In this document: piece by piece, positions 46,416-58,348 of the stretch
Layout: every line of letters starts with the position of its first letter
Numbering within the stretch: the first letter of the stretch is position 1
Source: the human T2T-CHM13v2.0 reference genome, Homo sapiens
Length of the DNA stretch: 64,000 bases
Strand: one strand, 5' to 3'
NCBI RefSeq assembly: GCF_009914755.1
Contig: NC_060933.1
Translations under genes and position numbers: made by a program
The notes under the pieces: generated by a model
Told to the model about the DNA's origin: nothing
Database searches by the model: none
What the model saw: only the letters and a program-made list of their open reading frames with translations

Positions 46416-48098
46416 CTTCATGTGATGCCTGACTGCAACACAAATTGAAGCCTAATCTTAGAGAGCCTTATTATCCACAAACATTTGAGCTTTATTCTGT
46501 TGGAATGAAGAACCTATGAAGGGCTTTGATTAAGGGAATAACTGGTCAGTGTAGTTTTAGGAAGTTGTATAAAAGGTGGAATGAAGGTAGGGAAAGGTTG
46601 ACGGGAGAGAGAGGGTTGTTGTAATAATCTTAATGAGATAATGAGGGTTTGCATTAAGAGAGTGGCTGAAAGGAATGAAAATGAGAAACACTGTGTAATT
46701 TATAGAACCTGACGATTGGATGAATAAATAGAGAATGAACAAATAGGGAGGGAGATGGATTCAAGGTTGAATATTAGCCAGGAAGATTTCCAGGTTTAAG
46801 GAGATTAAGAGTTTACTTTTAGATATTAATTATTAGGCTCTTTTGGGGCAACTCATGAACAAATTTCATGGAACAAATTTCATAAACAATTTCCTAAAAA
46901 TCTATAGAACCATACTTTTAGATTATAAAGCTAAAATATAGCCAAATAGTTTTTTTCACCACAGCATACTTTTTATGTTACCAAAACAGTTTGATCTCAA
47001 GTATATCAAGTTCTAGTTTTGAGTCCATGATCTGAAATATTCATATTTAATAATATGCACTTACATATACAAATACATATATAATTATGGTATAGTTTCT
47101 AGAAATTGTGTTTTAAATATAGTGTTAATACTTAAGTAACATGTTTCATGTTTATCTTACTGTACACTTTAGCTACATCTTTTGCTATTTCTAATTGGAA
47201 TTTCAACAAAGAAAGATTTTTCCCCCTCTGAGAGATTTCAGTATCATTTTGTCTAATTGTACCTTATGTTAAGGTACCACATTATAAGCTTCTTTGGAAT
47301 AATAAAATAGTAATGCAAACACCCTCTTAAGCAGCTCTGAGTTGTTATGCCATTATAGTTTGGTGACATTCTGCTCACTATAGATGGGTGAATGAGAAAG
47401 GCTAACGTTAAGATGGGTTTCTTTTATACTCCTTCATAAAAACATTACTATTATGTCATTTAGCAAAATGTTTATGCTATTAAAAATTCAAAATGTAAGG
47501 AGTTTAGTGCATTTCTACCTCAACATTAGAAACAGGACTTTTCAACAATCAATCAAGTGCATAAAACTGAGCGAGTTTGTTTGCACGCTATTTATTTGAA
47601 CTAAATCTCTAACAAGCCTCGTCTGCTAATTGGACTTAACATTTATGTTGCTAAATGAGAAGCATTTTGGCTGCTATATAGGATGGTAAGACCTACCCAG
47701 TGGAATAAACAGCTAACATCTGTTATCTTGTCCTGCTCCAGCTTGGCTTTTCCCAGTTAAGTACTACATCAGCTCTGAAGTCAAGGTTATCAAATATGTG
47801 AATGTCTGGCTCACCCATGTATGTGTGAAGGTAAAGAAATAGTGCATCATGAGTCAGGACCAGCCAACCAAAAGATATTGAGTATAGCTGGTTCACTTTG
47901 TTTTACCTTTGCAAGCCATACTACTATAAGCAAAATCTAGTAGAGGTTAAGATTTTTGTAAAGTTTGTATAATAACTATAATTAATTTCAGTTCTCTTTA
48001 ATATTTTCCTAGCTGTAGAATTTTATGCTGATAATTGTTAGATTAAATATAGTTACTTTTAAAATATATTTATATTTATTTTCTTTTTTTAAAAAAAG

Positions 48099-48290
48099 AA
48101 GCTAAATTTGGATTTGGCTGGGCTTCGGAAAGAAAAAGAAGATTTACTAAAGAAATTGGAGTCCTCATCTGAAATCACAAGTTTGGCAGAAGAAAATTCC
48201 CAGGTAACATTTCCACGGATACAAGTTACATCACTTAGTCCTTCAAGGAGCATGGATTTGGAAATGAAGCAATTGCAGTATAAACTAAAG
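48099..48290 (+). CDS. CNTLN: Centlein coding exon (192 nt; alternative start 48102)
   Basis: KLNLDLAGLRKEKEDLLKKLESSSEITSLAEENSQVTFPRIQVTSLSPSRSMDLEMKQLQYKLK (ORF 48108..48335). Tandem AAG-AAG acceptor; donor AAG|GTGATT; phase 0/0. Confidence 0.93.
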
Positions 48291-50136
48291 GTGATTATAA
48301 AATTTATTAAGCATGAAAACATACATTATGCTTGAATCCTGCAAGACATATTTATATGAACACTAATTTATTCTAATAAAGGTAAATTATGTTATAGATA
48401 ATCCAAAAAATTATTAATATTGCCTTCATCGTTAATTTTTAGCCTGGTAGATTCTTATCTGGTAATCAATACTACCATTCTCTGAAAAAGACAAGATACC
48501 ATGAAATCCTAATTTAGGAGCTGATTTAAACTGGCCAATATCTGCTACTCTAATACTTCTTTCTGCCCCCATGCCTCCCTCCAGCTGAACAGAATCCTTT
48601 CAGGCATGTAATGCGTCAACATAAACAGAATTGCTTTTCTCTACATACTTCCAGCAAGTTAAACTTGAGAATGAAACCAACCCACTTTTGCTCTCTGCTT
48701 CTTCTCCCTCCCATTTATCTCCTCCTTCTCTGTCTCCAACCAACAACCAACTTAAAATAGTAGGAAGTATGTAGAGAAAAAGCAATGAGAGGAGAGAAAA
48801 AAAAAAAAAGAATCTAAGACCAAGCGAAACTGTCAGCAACTTAAAAGTAAGGCTGTCCTTAGTTTAAATAGAATTACTTTGTAAGAAATAGGATTTGTGA
48901 GTGATCCTCACACTTAATTGGAAAGTTCATTTTCATGCTTCTTAAGCCCATTTATTCCTCACATATTTAATTATTTTCTTCAGTGGGGATTGCTAGCTAG
49001 AAGCTAAAAAGAGCAGTATATATGGGACCATTGCTATAATGTGAGTCACTAGAAAGAAAATCCTGATTGTAAATGCACAGAGTACATTAGAAATGGAATA
49101 ATCATCCCTGTTAGGAGGGTATTGGAATACTATGTTGAATTGTCAAATAGACTCATCATTGTTTTCGGTCCCAAATAGGATATGTGCACCCTTCAATAAT
49201 ACATCTTTTAGTGCAGATTTACTCATAGGATAAATAGGCTAAAATTTAAAATGAATGAGTTTATTATTGCTTGAAAATAATTTGCTTTATTAATAGTAAC
49301 CAAATATACAAACTAGCATTGGGATTCTTCTTGAATACCATCTTCTTTCGTCAATTTATGTGTATAACTTGGGTCAGTCACAACATTTTATAATCTTAAA
49401 TAACTTATAAAATATTAGAAATGTGAAGGAAGAAGTGTTGTGCAATTTTGGGGCATGAATCCTAAAATGTGTCTCTGAAAATGTGGGATAAAATGTGTAA
49501 ACTGAACATTTCAGTGTTAAGGTTTCATATAGAGAAGATAAAATCATTGAGCTATTCCTTGATCTTATCTATCACATAGACTTTAATTCTTACTTCTGTG
49601 ATTCTTCATATATTTAAGTCCTCATGATTCTGATATAACTTTGTTTTTCACCAAGATAAAATAGAGTGCTAGGTCCAGTATTGTCTAATCTGACTTCTAA
49701 AAGACATAAATAGTTTTAAGTTGATTTATACATAAATCATAATTTATAATTTTTACATAAACAGTTTTTAGTTGATTTATATTTTACTTATTTTACTTAC
49801 TACAAATGGTCTAATAATTTTTGGTAATAATAGATCCATATGAGTGTCTGTAAGTTCTTTGCATTATGGTTTTCCATGGTATAAGTTTTTACCCCACATA
49901 CAAATCTCTCTCTTGCTTTGGAGGAATGTGTGAGTCAGAAAGAGAACTAAAGCAATTAGTGTGAAGTGATTGTCCATAATCTAACATAGAGTCTTGGAAC
50001 ACTGACCAAACTGTATAGGGACAAAAAGGATAAGTTTTTACTTTTGTCTTGTTTCATGTTTTCACATAGAAATTTCCTAGAAGACCAAGTACCTTTAAGT
50101 ACATAATATTGTCTACTACTAAAAATTTTTGTTTTG

Positions 50137-50533
50137 ATGCTGGTTTGTAGAGATTCCGTAACAAAATACCACAGACTGGTTATCTTAAATAGCAAACGTA
50201 TACATTATTCTCACAGTTCTGAAGGCTGGAAGTCTAAGATCAAGGTGTCAACAGTTTTCATTTCTTTTGAGGCCTCTCTCCTTGGTTTGTAGATGGCTGT
50301 CTTCTGCCTGTGTCTTTACATGGTCTTCCTTCTATGTGTCTGTGTCCTAATTTCCCTTTTTATAAAGGCACCACTCAGACTGAATTAGATTCCACCCTAA
50401 TAACCTCATTTTACCTGAATTATCTGTTTAAAGGCCTTATCTCCAAATACAGTCACATTCTAAAGTACTGAGGGTTCGGTGAGAACTTCTACATACTAAT
50501 TTGTTTAGGGGAAACAGAATTTAGCACATAACA
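50137..50533 (-). mobile_element. MLT1B/C-like MaLR LTR
   Basis: taacaaaataccacagactgg...ctcacagttctgaaggctggaagtctaagatcaaggtg...ccaaatacagtcacattc. Confidence 0.78.
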
Positions 50534-52644
50534 GATATCAAACTGCTAATATAGTGATTTTCTAATAAGTAGCTTATTTTCTACTTAATGTTTTTAGACT
50601 TAATTGAGAAAATTGGCTAGATTCGAATATACTAAAAGTTTATATACATCTTTTCTATACTATCCAGTTAATATTAGACTTTTCTGTGTAATTTTACATA
50701 TACTTTTCTGATGTCTCTGGTTCATTTACAGTTGAGAAAACTGAGACACAGAAAGAATAAGTTACTTGTCCGAGATCACACAAGTACTGTACATAGAGCC
50801 GAGATGAGAACTCAAACCATCTGGCTCCATAGTCCATGCTCCTAATTACTATACTATGCAAATTTTAAAAAAATATTCAATAAACTTAGTATAGGAAAGC
50901 TGTAACAGGGATGACTTTTTACCATTGTGACATTTTTGATGTGTGTGTTTCACATCATACATCGAAGGATGTATTACAAGGAAATTACCAGATTTTAAGT
51001 TATGTTACAGATATATATTGTATAGTAGGGAATGGAAAAGGGACAAAGGAGCTGGGTTTCGATCACTTTTTGGCCATTAACTTCTCGTCAACCTGGTCAA
51101 GGAAATTACTTAACTTCTCTAGAGGTCTAAAGCAGGGATACCTTTCTACCCATCTGATAAAAATTTTTGAGGATCAAATGAAATAGCTGTTAGATTTAGA
51201 GATCTTGGCCAAAGTGTATCTCAACCTGGCATTGTTTTATTTATTATAAATTGCTTTTCTCTCAATTCTCCAAGTCAGAGTTAACAGCATTTTCAGCCAC
51301 ATAATACAGCCTTAAGTCTAAAAACAGAAAAGAATCAACTAGTTATCTTAATATCTACTTAACTCATTGCATTGAAGATACTGTCAGGCTTTATTTACTG
51401 CCTGTATCTTTTATTTTAAATACAATTCTAAGTTTATTTTACTTCTCAGCAGAAAACACCTTCAGTGCAGCACACTAGAAGTATGCGTATTAAGGGGTAG
51501 GATGATTGTTTTTAGGCAGGAATAATGACACAGAAGCAAAAAATTACAAACAAAAGATTGACAGAGAAAAAAAGGCAATATGAAAATGTTAAGGTAAATA
51601 CAAAATTAGAAAAGCACAGTCTGGGACCATTTAGAGGAGGGATAAGTAGACGTTTATATCACAGTAGTCCCTAAAGCCATCACTATATTATAGTATAGTG
51701 ATAATATAATACATATTAGTATATCATATATAATTTATAGTGATAATATTTATGATATGATATCACTATATTAACATATCACTATTAGCTTAGCATAATC
51801 ATGGGTGTCCGTATTTCTAACTGAATGAACAATCATCAGAGAAAGAATTGAAAATTAATGATTAAAGCAAACGCTTCAATTATTTGATAAATTGACTAGT
51901 GTGACTAGTGTGGAACATGTTATTCAGGCAGTGCTGGAAATAAGACACAATACATCACTGTAAACGTGCAAAATATGGTAGAAATTTTGATTACATTACA
52001 CACACATTTGATCAAAACATAACATTCAAAAGAGTTACCATGTTGAGGTAGCTTTGGGTTTTTAAGAAAAATTAATGTTTCATGTAAAAATTAAAATTAT
52101 TTCAAATGTTTTATTTGTATGTTATACCCATGAGATATTTAAAGTCAGTCTGATGAATTACATTTACCTTGGGTAATTAATAGTTTAATCTTTTCAAATT
52201 CAAATTATTTTTAGCATGAGTCAAACATCCAAACCTAGGAATAGTTCTAATAGAAAAAATTTATTGTAGTTTAGAAATATTAGCTAAATAACTACTCCAA
52301 ATATTTTAAAAGCTATTATATTTTATTATATTTATATTCATTTAATACTTTTAAAACTTAACAAATGGATTAATGTGAGTATGTCAACACTATCTTGAGT
52401 GTGGAAAAACTAAATACCAAAAAGACTAAGTGATGTCTTAGATTACACATTTAGTTGGAACTAGAGTCAAAATTGAAAGGTGTTCTAACACTCTAGTTAC
52501 CACCTCTGGTTCCTAGGCTCTACTGACAACAAATACCACAGAACAAACATGTTTTGCTTTGAAAAACTAATAATTATTTACAAATAATGTAATAAGTAGC
52601 ATTATTAATAACTTCAAGTAAAGAAGGATTGAGTATTCATGAGG

Positions 52645-53115
52645 TTTTCTATCAGTTATCATTATTCTCTAACAAACTATCCCGAAACATCGTGGCTTAA
52701 AACAACAGTTTATTATTTCTTAAGATTTTGTGGGTTGACTGGGAAGTTCTTTTGCTGGTCTCTTCTGGGCTACCTCATATCCCTGGATTTTTTCAAACCA
52801 AAGATTTCCCTAGTTGGAAGATACAAAATAGCCTCACTCATAGATCGGACAATTGGTCTACTACCTGTCAGCTGGAGTACCTTGGTACACTTCCACATGA
52901 TACATCAACTGTATTCCTAGCAAGGTGATCCTGGAGCAGCATTCCAAGAAGGGAAAGAGAGAAGCCACAAAGCTTTAAGGCCTGGGAACTGAAATTTACA
53001 CAATTCATTTCTGCTGCATTCTTTTCGACAAAGCAAGTCACAAGCCAGACTACGTTCAGTGGGTTAGGAAATGGATTCCCCTGCTTGATGAGCAGCAAAG
53101 CATTTGTGACCATAT
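52645..53115 (-). mobile_element. MLT1H/J-like MaLR LTR
   Basis: gtggcttaaaacaacag...cttctgctgcattc-like...aaagcaagtcacaagccag. Confidence 0.6.
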
Positions 53116-53490
53116 TTCGTCTAAGATGTTAGTAAATCCAGTATTTGTTTTAAGTGATCTTCTTAAATCATTAAAATTCTTAATTATTCACATATTTACA
53201 TTATACCAGGACAACTCATATTTCCTGTAAATGTATTTTGGATACATACTCTTTGCAATTCTTAAATGATTGTGTTCCTCTATAGTTTGGCATGTTATAT
53301 AAAAGTTTTAGTATTATTATTTCTATTACAGCATATAAAATAAAGCATTTAAAATATTAAAATATTCATTTTAATTATTGTTTACCATAATTATTGTAGA
53401 GGTATTCTTCTTTAGAATGGCACTTATTTTTATGCTGCCTTAGACCAAGGTTGTAAGGTATATTTAAATTTATTTCTATTTTTAATCTAG

Positions 53491-53588
53491 AATGCTACTA
53501 ATGAACTCACTAAACAGTCATCAAATGTGAAGACTTTGAAATTTGAACTCCTAGCAAAAGAAGAACACATAAAGGAAATGCATGAAAA
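53491..53588 (+). CDS. CNTLN: Centlein coding exon (98 nt)
   Basis: Acceptor tttaatctAG|AAT. Reads NATNELTKQSSNVKTLKFELLAKEEHIKEMHE+AA. Donor AA|GTATGG (phase 2). Confidence 0.93.
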
Positions 53589-53619
53589 GTATGGTTTTTG
53601 TATTTCTATCCATTGTATT

Positions 53620-53638
53620 TGGTGCCACCTAGTGGCAA
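53620..53638 (-). promoter_or_regulatory. CTCF binding motif
   Basis: Minus strand TTGCCACTAGGTGGCACCA matches the CTCF core CCACYAGRKGGCRS. It is a GC-rich patch in very AT-rich intron. Confidence 0.7.
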
Positions 53639-54319
53639 CCAGCTCTATTAAACGTGCTCCAAGAAACTGCTAATGTTTACGTTTTCCTTCCCTAGTTCAT
53701 ATTTAAACCTACCTAAGATGAAAGTTTAAGGAATACTATGTATAGCATGATTAATGGCAAGCTATTTACTTTTTTAAATTAGATAATGATGAAGTTAAAT
53801 TTCCGTTATTAAACATATTTAATTTTGAATAAATACAAATTAATGGCTTCGAGACAATGAATGAAAAACTTTACAACGTGGTGGTTATTTGGCCCCCCAA
53901 ATATATGATTAGTATTTGTATTGGATTTAATGCCTAAGCTTATAAAGCTAAGGTAAAAAAAGGAAAGTTTTGTTTGTGTTTAAAATAACTGGAGGTTATG
54001 GAAGTTTGTACTCTTGTGTTTATCAGTACAAAGATTTTAAATGCTCTATCCCACTGAATCAAAATTATTTTCTTTCTGTATCTTTCAAAGCTACACTATT
54101 GCTTAGAAATAGTAAGATGTTTAGATAGAATTCCAGTTGTCACTGATACATTTGAGATATATGTATCTCACAAACACACCTGTAGACCTCACTATAAGTG
54201 AAGAGCACTTAAAAGTGATATGAATAGATAAAAGCATTAGACAAAAAGCTTGGTTAATTTTTTAACTGATAATATTTTGAAGTTTATTTATCAATTAAGA
54301 GTAAGTCTTGCTTATTGTT

Positions 54320-54536
54320 TAACAGGGCTCTAGATTAACACTCTTTGAATCCTGGCTTCCCTACCTACTAGGCCTATGCCTAAATTTAATAATATTAAAT
54401 TAGGTTCTTACGAGGAATAAATGAGTTAATACATGTAAAGCACTTATAACAGTGACTGGAACATTGTAAGCCTTCGATACATGTTAGCTATTGTCATTCT
54501 TGTTTTAGTAGTAGCAGCAGCAGCAGCAGTAGCAGT
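54320..54536. repeat. MIR fragment ending in (AGT/AGC)n microsatellite
   Basis: gaggaataaatgagttaatacatgtaaagcactta MIR core; agtagtagcagcagcagcagcagcagtagcagt at 54507-54536. Confidence 0.65.
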
Positions 54537-55068
54537 GGTTCTCACAGCATCTACCATTTTATACTTAATAGTTCATCAACTTATGCTAAACAGCTGTGTG
54601 GATTGAATCTCAAATTATATTAAATTAGAAGATATTATGGCTAATTTAGTTTCATTACAAGAGTTTGCATTTGTTTATTGAAGTATAAGATTTTTTTCTT
54701 ATCATTTTTATGCTTTTGATTATCTTCATATATCACTTTGATTTTTCACAGCAATGTAAAAATGTAATTTAAATGAAATAGTTCTAAGTTTTCATAAGTG
54801 TTATTAATTTTTCTCATTTCTTATATATTTTGTTTTAATACATATATGTAATTATATAATTACCAAGTCACAACTATAGATTTTACAAGTGTTCAAAATA
54901 TTAAAAGAACAATATCTTATGCAGTGCAATTCATTTTACTGATTTACAGTGTCAATATCACGTAGCATTTAAAAACTAACAGTAGGTATAATATTGGATA
55001 AAATGTAAGATATCACCACTGTTAAGGTATTTTCTGTCACTCTTGATGTCACCTTTTTTTTTTTCAAG

Positions 55069-55195
55069 GATATCTCGAATGGAGAGGGATATAACTATGA
55101 AAAGACATTTGATAGAGGACTTGAAATTTCGACAGAAAGTAAATTTGGAAAGTAACAAGAGTTTTAGTGAAATGTTACAAAATCTTGATAAAAAG
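55069..55195 (+). CDS. CNTLN: Centlein coding exon (127 nt)
   Basis: Poly-T acceptor caAG|G completes Lys. Reads ISRMERDITMKRHLIEDLKFRQKVNLESNKSFSEMLQNLDKK (ORF 55043..55270). Donor AAG|GTATCA. Confidence 0.94.
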
Positions 55196-56552
55196 GTATC
55201 AATTTTTATCTTTACTGACACTAAAAATATCACTTCCTGTTGTAATTACTCTCTTACCACAAACATTTAATCCTAATAAATGTATAGAAAATATTGATAG
55301 GATATGTATTTACTGTTACAAAGTAACACTCTTTGCTCTGAAAGTACATTATTTATTTTAAAATTCAATTCTCTAAAACCTCATACATAATATGGCCACA
55401 CATTCTGTTTCTATTTATAAATATCCCATGAGAAGATTAAAAATCCTCAATATTTCTAGGATACATAATTACATTTTATTCAGTATTTTATTTAAAACTG
55501 TAATTTATGATAGAATCAAGCTTATATTTCTTAGTGAAAACTTGATTACCTATAACTATCAGAAGTTCTTTAAAAATGTACTTTCTTCTTGGATACCCTT
55601 AATGAATTTTACATGGGAATGGAGTTGTACATGCAAAGGGAGTTGTAGTTAAAGTAGTTACGTAATATATGACCCAAAGTAGAAGGGTTTTTTTTGTTTT
55701 TTTTTTTTTGAAGGTGCTTTTTTCACAACTCATAAAGCACCCTGTGCTTTGGCATTCACTAAATGTTATCCACACCTGAGAGAACATCTCCTTTACTTTC
55801 CTTGTTGAAAATGAAAATTTAAGTATCTCTTAGGTCAAATTGATTTAAGAAAGAAACTTTTACATGAGCATGACAAATCCATATGGATTTTCTTTCTCTT
55901 CTCTTCCACACATCTGTGCAAGTTAAAATCACTTCCTATTGGCTTTTTCAATGTTATCCTTTCAATTTTGCTATTTTTTAACTTCAATAATAATTTCATA
56001 CATAGCTTTGGAATCTTTATATAAATAACATATATCTTTAGTGGCATTAAACTGAAAAACTATTTTTTCTGTTATGCTTTGAGTTACATACACATATTAT
56101 AATCTTATAAATAAGCTATATATATATATAAAATATCCTATTGTTTTATTTCATCCAAAAAAAGGTATGTAATAGTTATTTTAGAGAATACAATGGAAAG
56201 TTACCTTTAACTTGGCTTGTTTCAGAGTCAAAACAATCATCTCCTGCCTTAGGAAGTTTAGATTAGTAATTAATGGATATGTAGTGAACATTAATATTGT
56301 GTTATTGGGTGCAAGAATATACATACCAGTATTCATTTAGTTTGTGTGCAATTTTAGTTTTTGTTACTGATTTAAGGATTGTTACTTTCATTCATAATAT
56401 GAGTTCTGTAAGTATAATACTTGAATTTGATAGCGTTATGAGAAAATAAATGGAAGTAGACTCATTCACTCATTTAGTTTCTGTTGGAACAAACACAGTA
56501 TATTACTAGAATGCCTTCAACAATAATAATTACCTTTATGCTTTTAATGTAG

Positions 56553-56690
56553 GTAAAGACATTAACTGAAGAATGTTCCAACAAGAAGGTATCAATTGAT
56601 TCACTAAAGCAAAGACTTAACGTTGCTGTAAAAGAAAAGTCACAGTATGAACAGATGTATCAGAAATCTAAAGAGGAGTTAGAAAAAAAG
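56553..56690 (+). CDS. CNTLN: Centlein coding exon (138 nt)
   Basis: Acceptor gtAG|GTA. Reads VKTLTEECSNKKVSIDSLKQRLNVAVKEKSQYEQMYQKSKEELEKK. Donor AAG|GTATGC; phase 0/0. Confidence 0.93.
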
Positions 56691-57277
56691 GTATGCTTTT
56701 AAAAAGGGCATTTTAGATTACAGATGGAATATAATCGTGTTTGTTTCATTTTTAACATTGTTGCTTTTTCCTTCCCAAAACCACAAGCTACTTAAACACT
56801 TCAGATAAGTGCAAAGAGGATTTGTATCTCTACATGAAACGCCAAACATTGGTTTAACATTAAAGATATTTCTGTATTAGAGAAAACAGGTTGTGTTTGT
56901 CTTGATAGTTTTTAAGAAATGAAAACTATTATTGAACACTGGTATTTATACAAGTAGATCTAAATTTTGTAGGCCCACTTAAACTTTCAAACTAAATGTT
57001 TCCATGTTATGTGGAGGATCTTTTGGTCTAAAATAGCTTCCGTGCTTTTAATTATTTGTAATCTTTAAAAATCATAAACTAATTTAGATGATAAGTATAT
57101 GAGAATATGTACTTAGGATGTTTTATTGAAAGTTAATGAAAATAATCATTAATTTTACCCAAATAATAAATACATAGAGAGAATAATAAAATATTTTCCT
57201 TATTTGACATGTATAACTAACTCTTCCAAATCTGTTTATAAAATATCTTTTATTTTATGACTGCTGATCTTTTGCAG

Positions 57278-57463
57278 GATCTCAAGCTTACTCTCCTAGT
57301 ATCAAGAATAAGTGAGACTGAATCTGCAATGGCAGAAATTGAAACAGCAGCATCTAAGCAGCTTCAAGAATTAGCATTGCAAAGTGAACAGGTCCTAGAA
57401 GGTGCACAGAAGACATTGCTGTTAGCCAATGAAAAAGTAGAAGAGTTCACCACATTTGTGAAG
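57278..57463 (+). CDS. CNTLN: Centlein coding exon (186 nt)
   Basis: Acceptor ttttgcAG|GAT. Reads DLKLTLLVSRISETESAMAEIETAASKQLQELALQSEQVLEGAQKTLLLANEKVEEFTTFVK (ORF 57257..57469). Donor AAG|GTTTGA; gene continues beyond the window. Confidence 0.94.
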
Positions 57464-58348
57464 GTTTGAATTACTTGTCGTTTACTAACTTGTACTTTAC
57501 TTTAGGCAGATAGGCAGTAGCCTACTTGAGATGATTTGGGGAATAAAGTTTCTTTCTGCTTTCCTAACACAGAAAGCATCTTCTTCTACCCTATTTATCA
57601 CATTGCTAATAATTCCTCCATAAAGAATTTATTTTTATAGTTTGAATTTAAAATTTTCTACCATCTTATTAATATTTCTTTCTTAATGTCAATTTAGTTA
57701 TGAAATTGTAGTAGTCAAGTCATCTGGACAGGTTTTAAGTTGAAAGAATTAAGCTGTTCCCACCCTACTCTCCTTTTGAAAATCGTTCAAGCAGGAACAA
57801 CCAGAAACTTGCTCAGTGTTCAGTGATGCTAAGAGACATCTGAATCCCAGGCCACAAACTATCAAGACATGGAATAGACAGAGGAATGGCACATGACAAA
57901 CAGAACAAAGAGAAGACAAACTCAAGTATCTGCAGAGGTGTACCATCTAGAAATTATCTAAAAGCTGAAGAGCCCTAGAAAGCCTTCATTCCCCTAGACA
58001 TAGAAGTTAATAACATTTTATGCCACTATTGAGTACTCCACGAAGAGGAAATTCCTTACTTTGCTTCTTTGGAAATCATAGATACCTTGGGAGTTTTCTC
58101 ATTTTAAAAATATCTGCAAAATGAATTGATAAAACATTTTATCTCCTTTATCTCTTTTAATGAATATTTCAACTGGTGTGAAGTCAAGCCAATAATGCCT
58201 GCCTCTGAGGATCCTAAATGATTGCAAAGTATTAATTTTAGTAAATGTAATTTACCTTTTCCAGATTCAAAACACTATTTTTTGTAAATGCTTGTTGAAT
58301 AGTTTCACTGTTTAACTTATAGTGAACACTTTCATTAAATATTGTGAC

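Noticed and set aside
46245-46448. ORF with repeated peptide (MAGRFGEWQAGLGNGRQVW)
   Set aside because: Simply the translation of the 20-bp minisatellite; no splice or promoter support.
54507-54536. CAG-type repeat as a polyglutamine tract
   Set aside because: Intronic, short, interrupted and located at a MIR tail.
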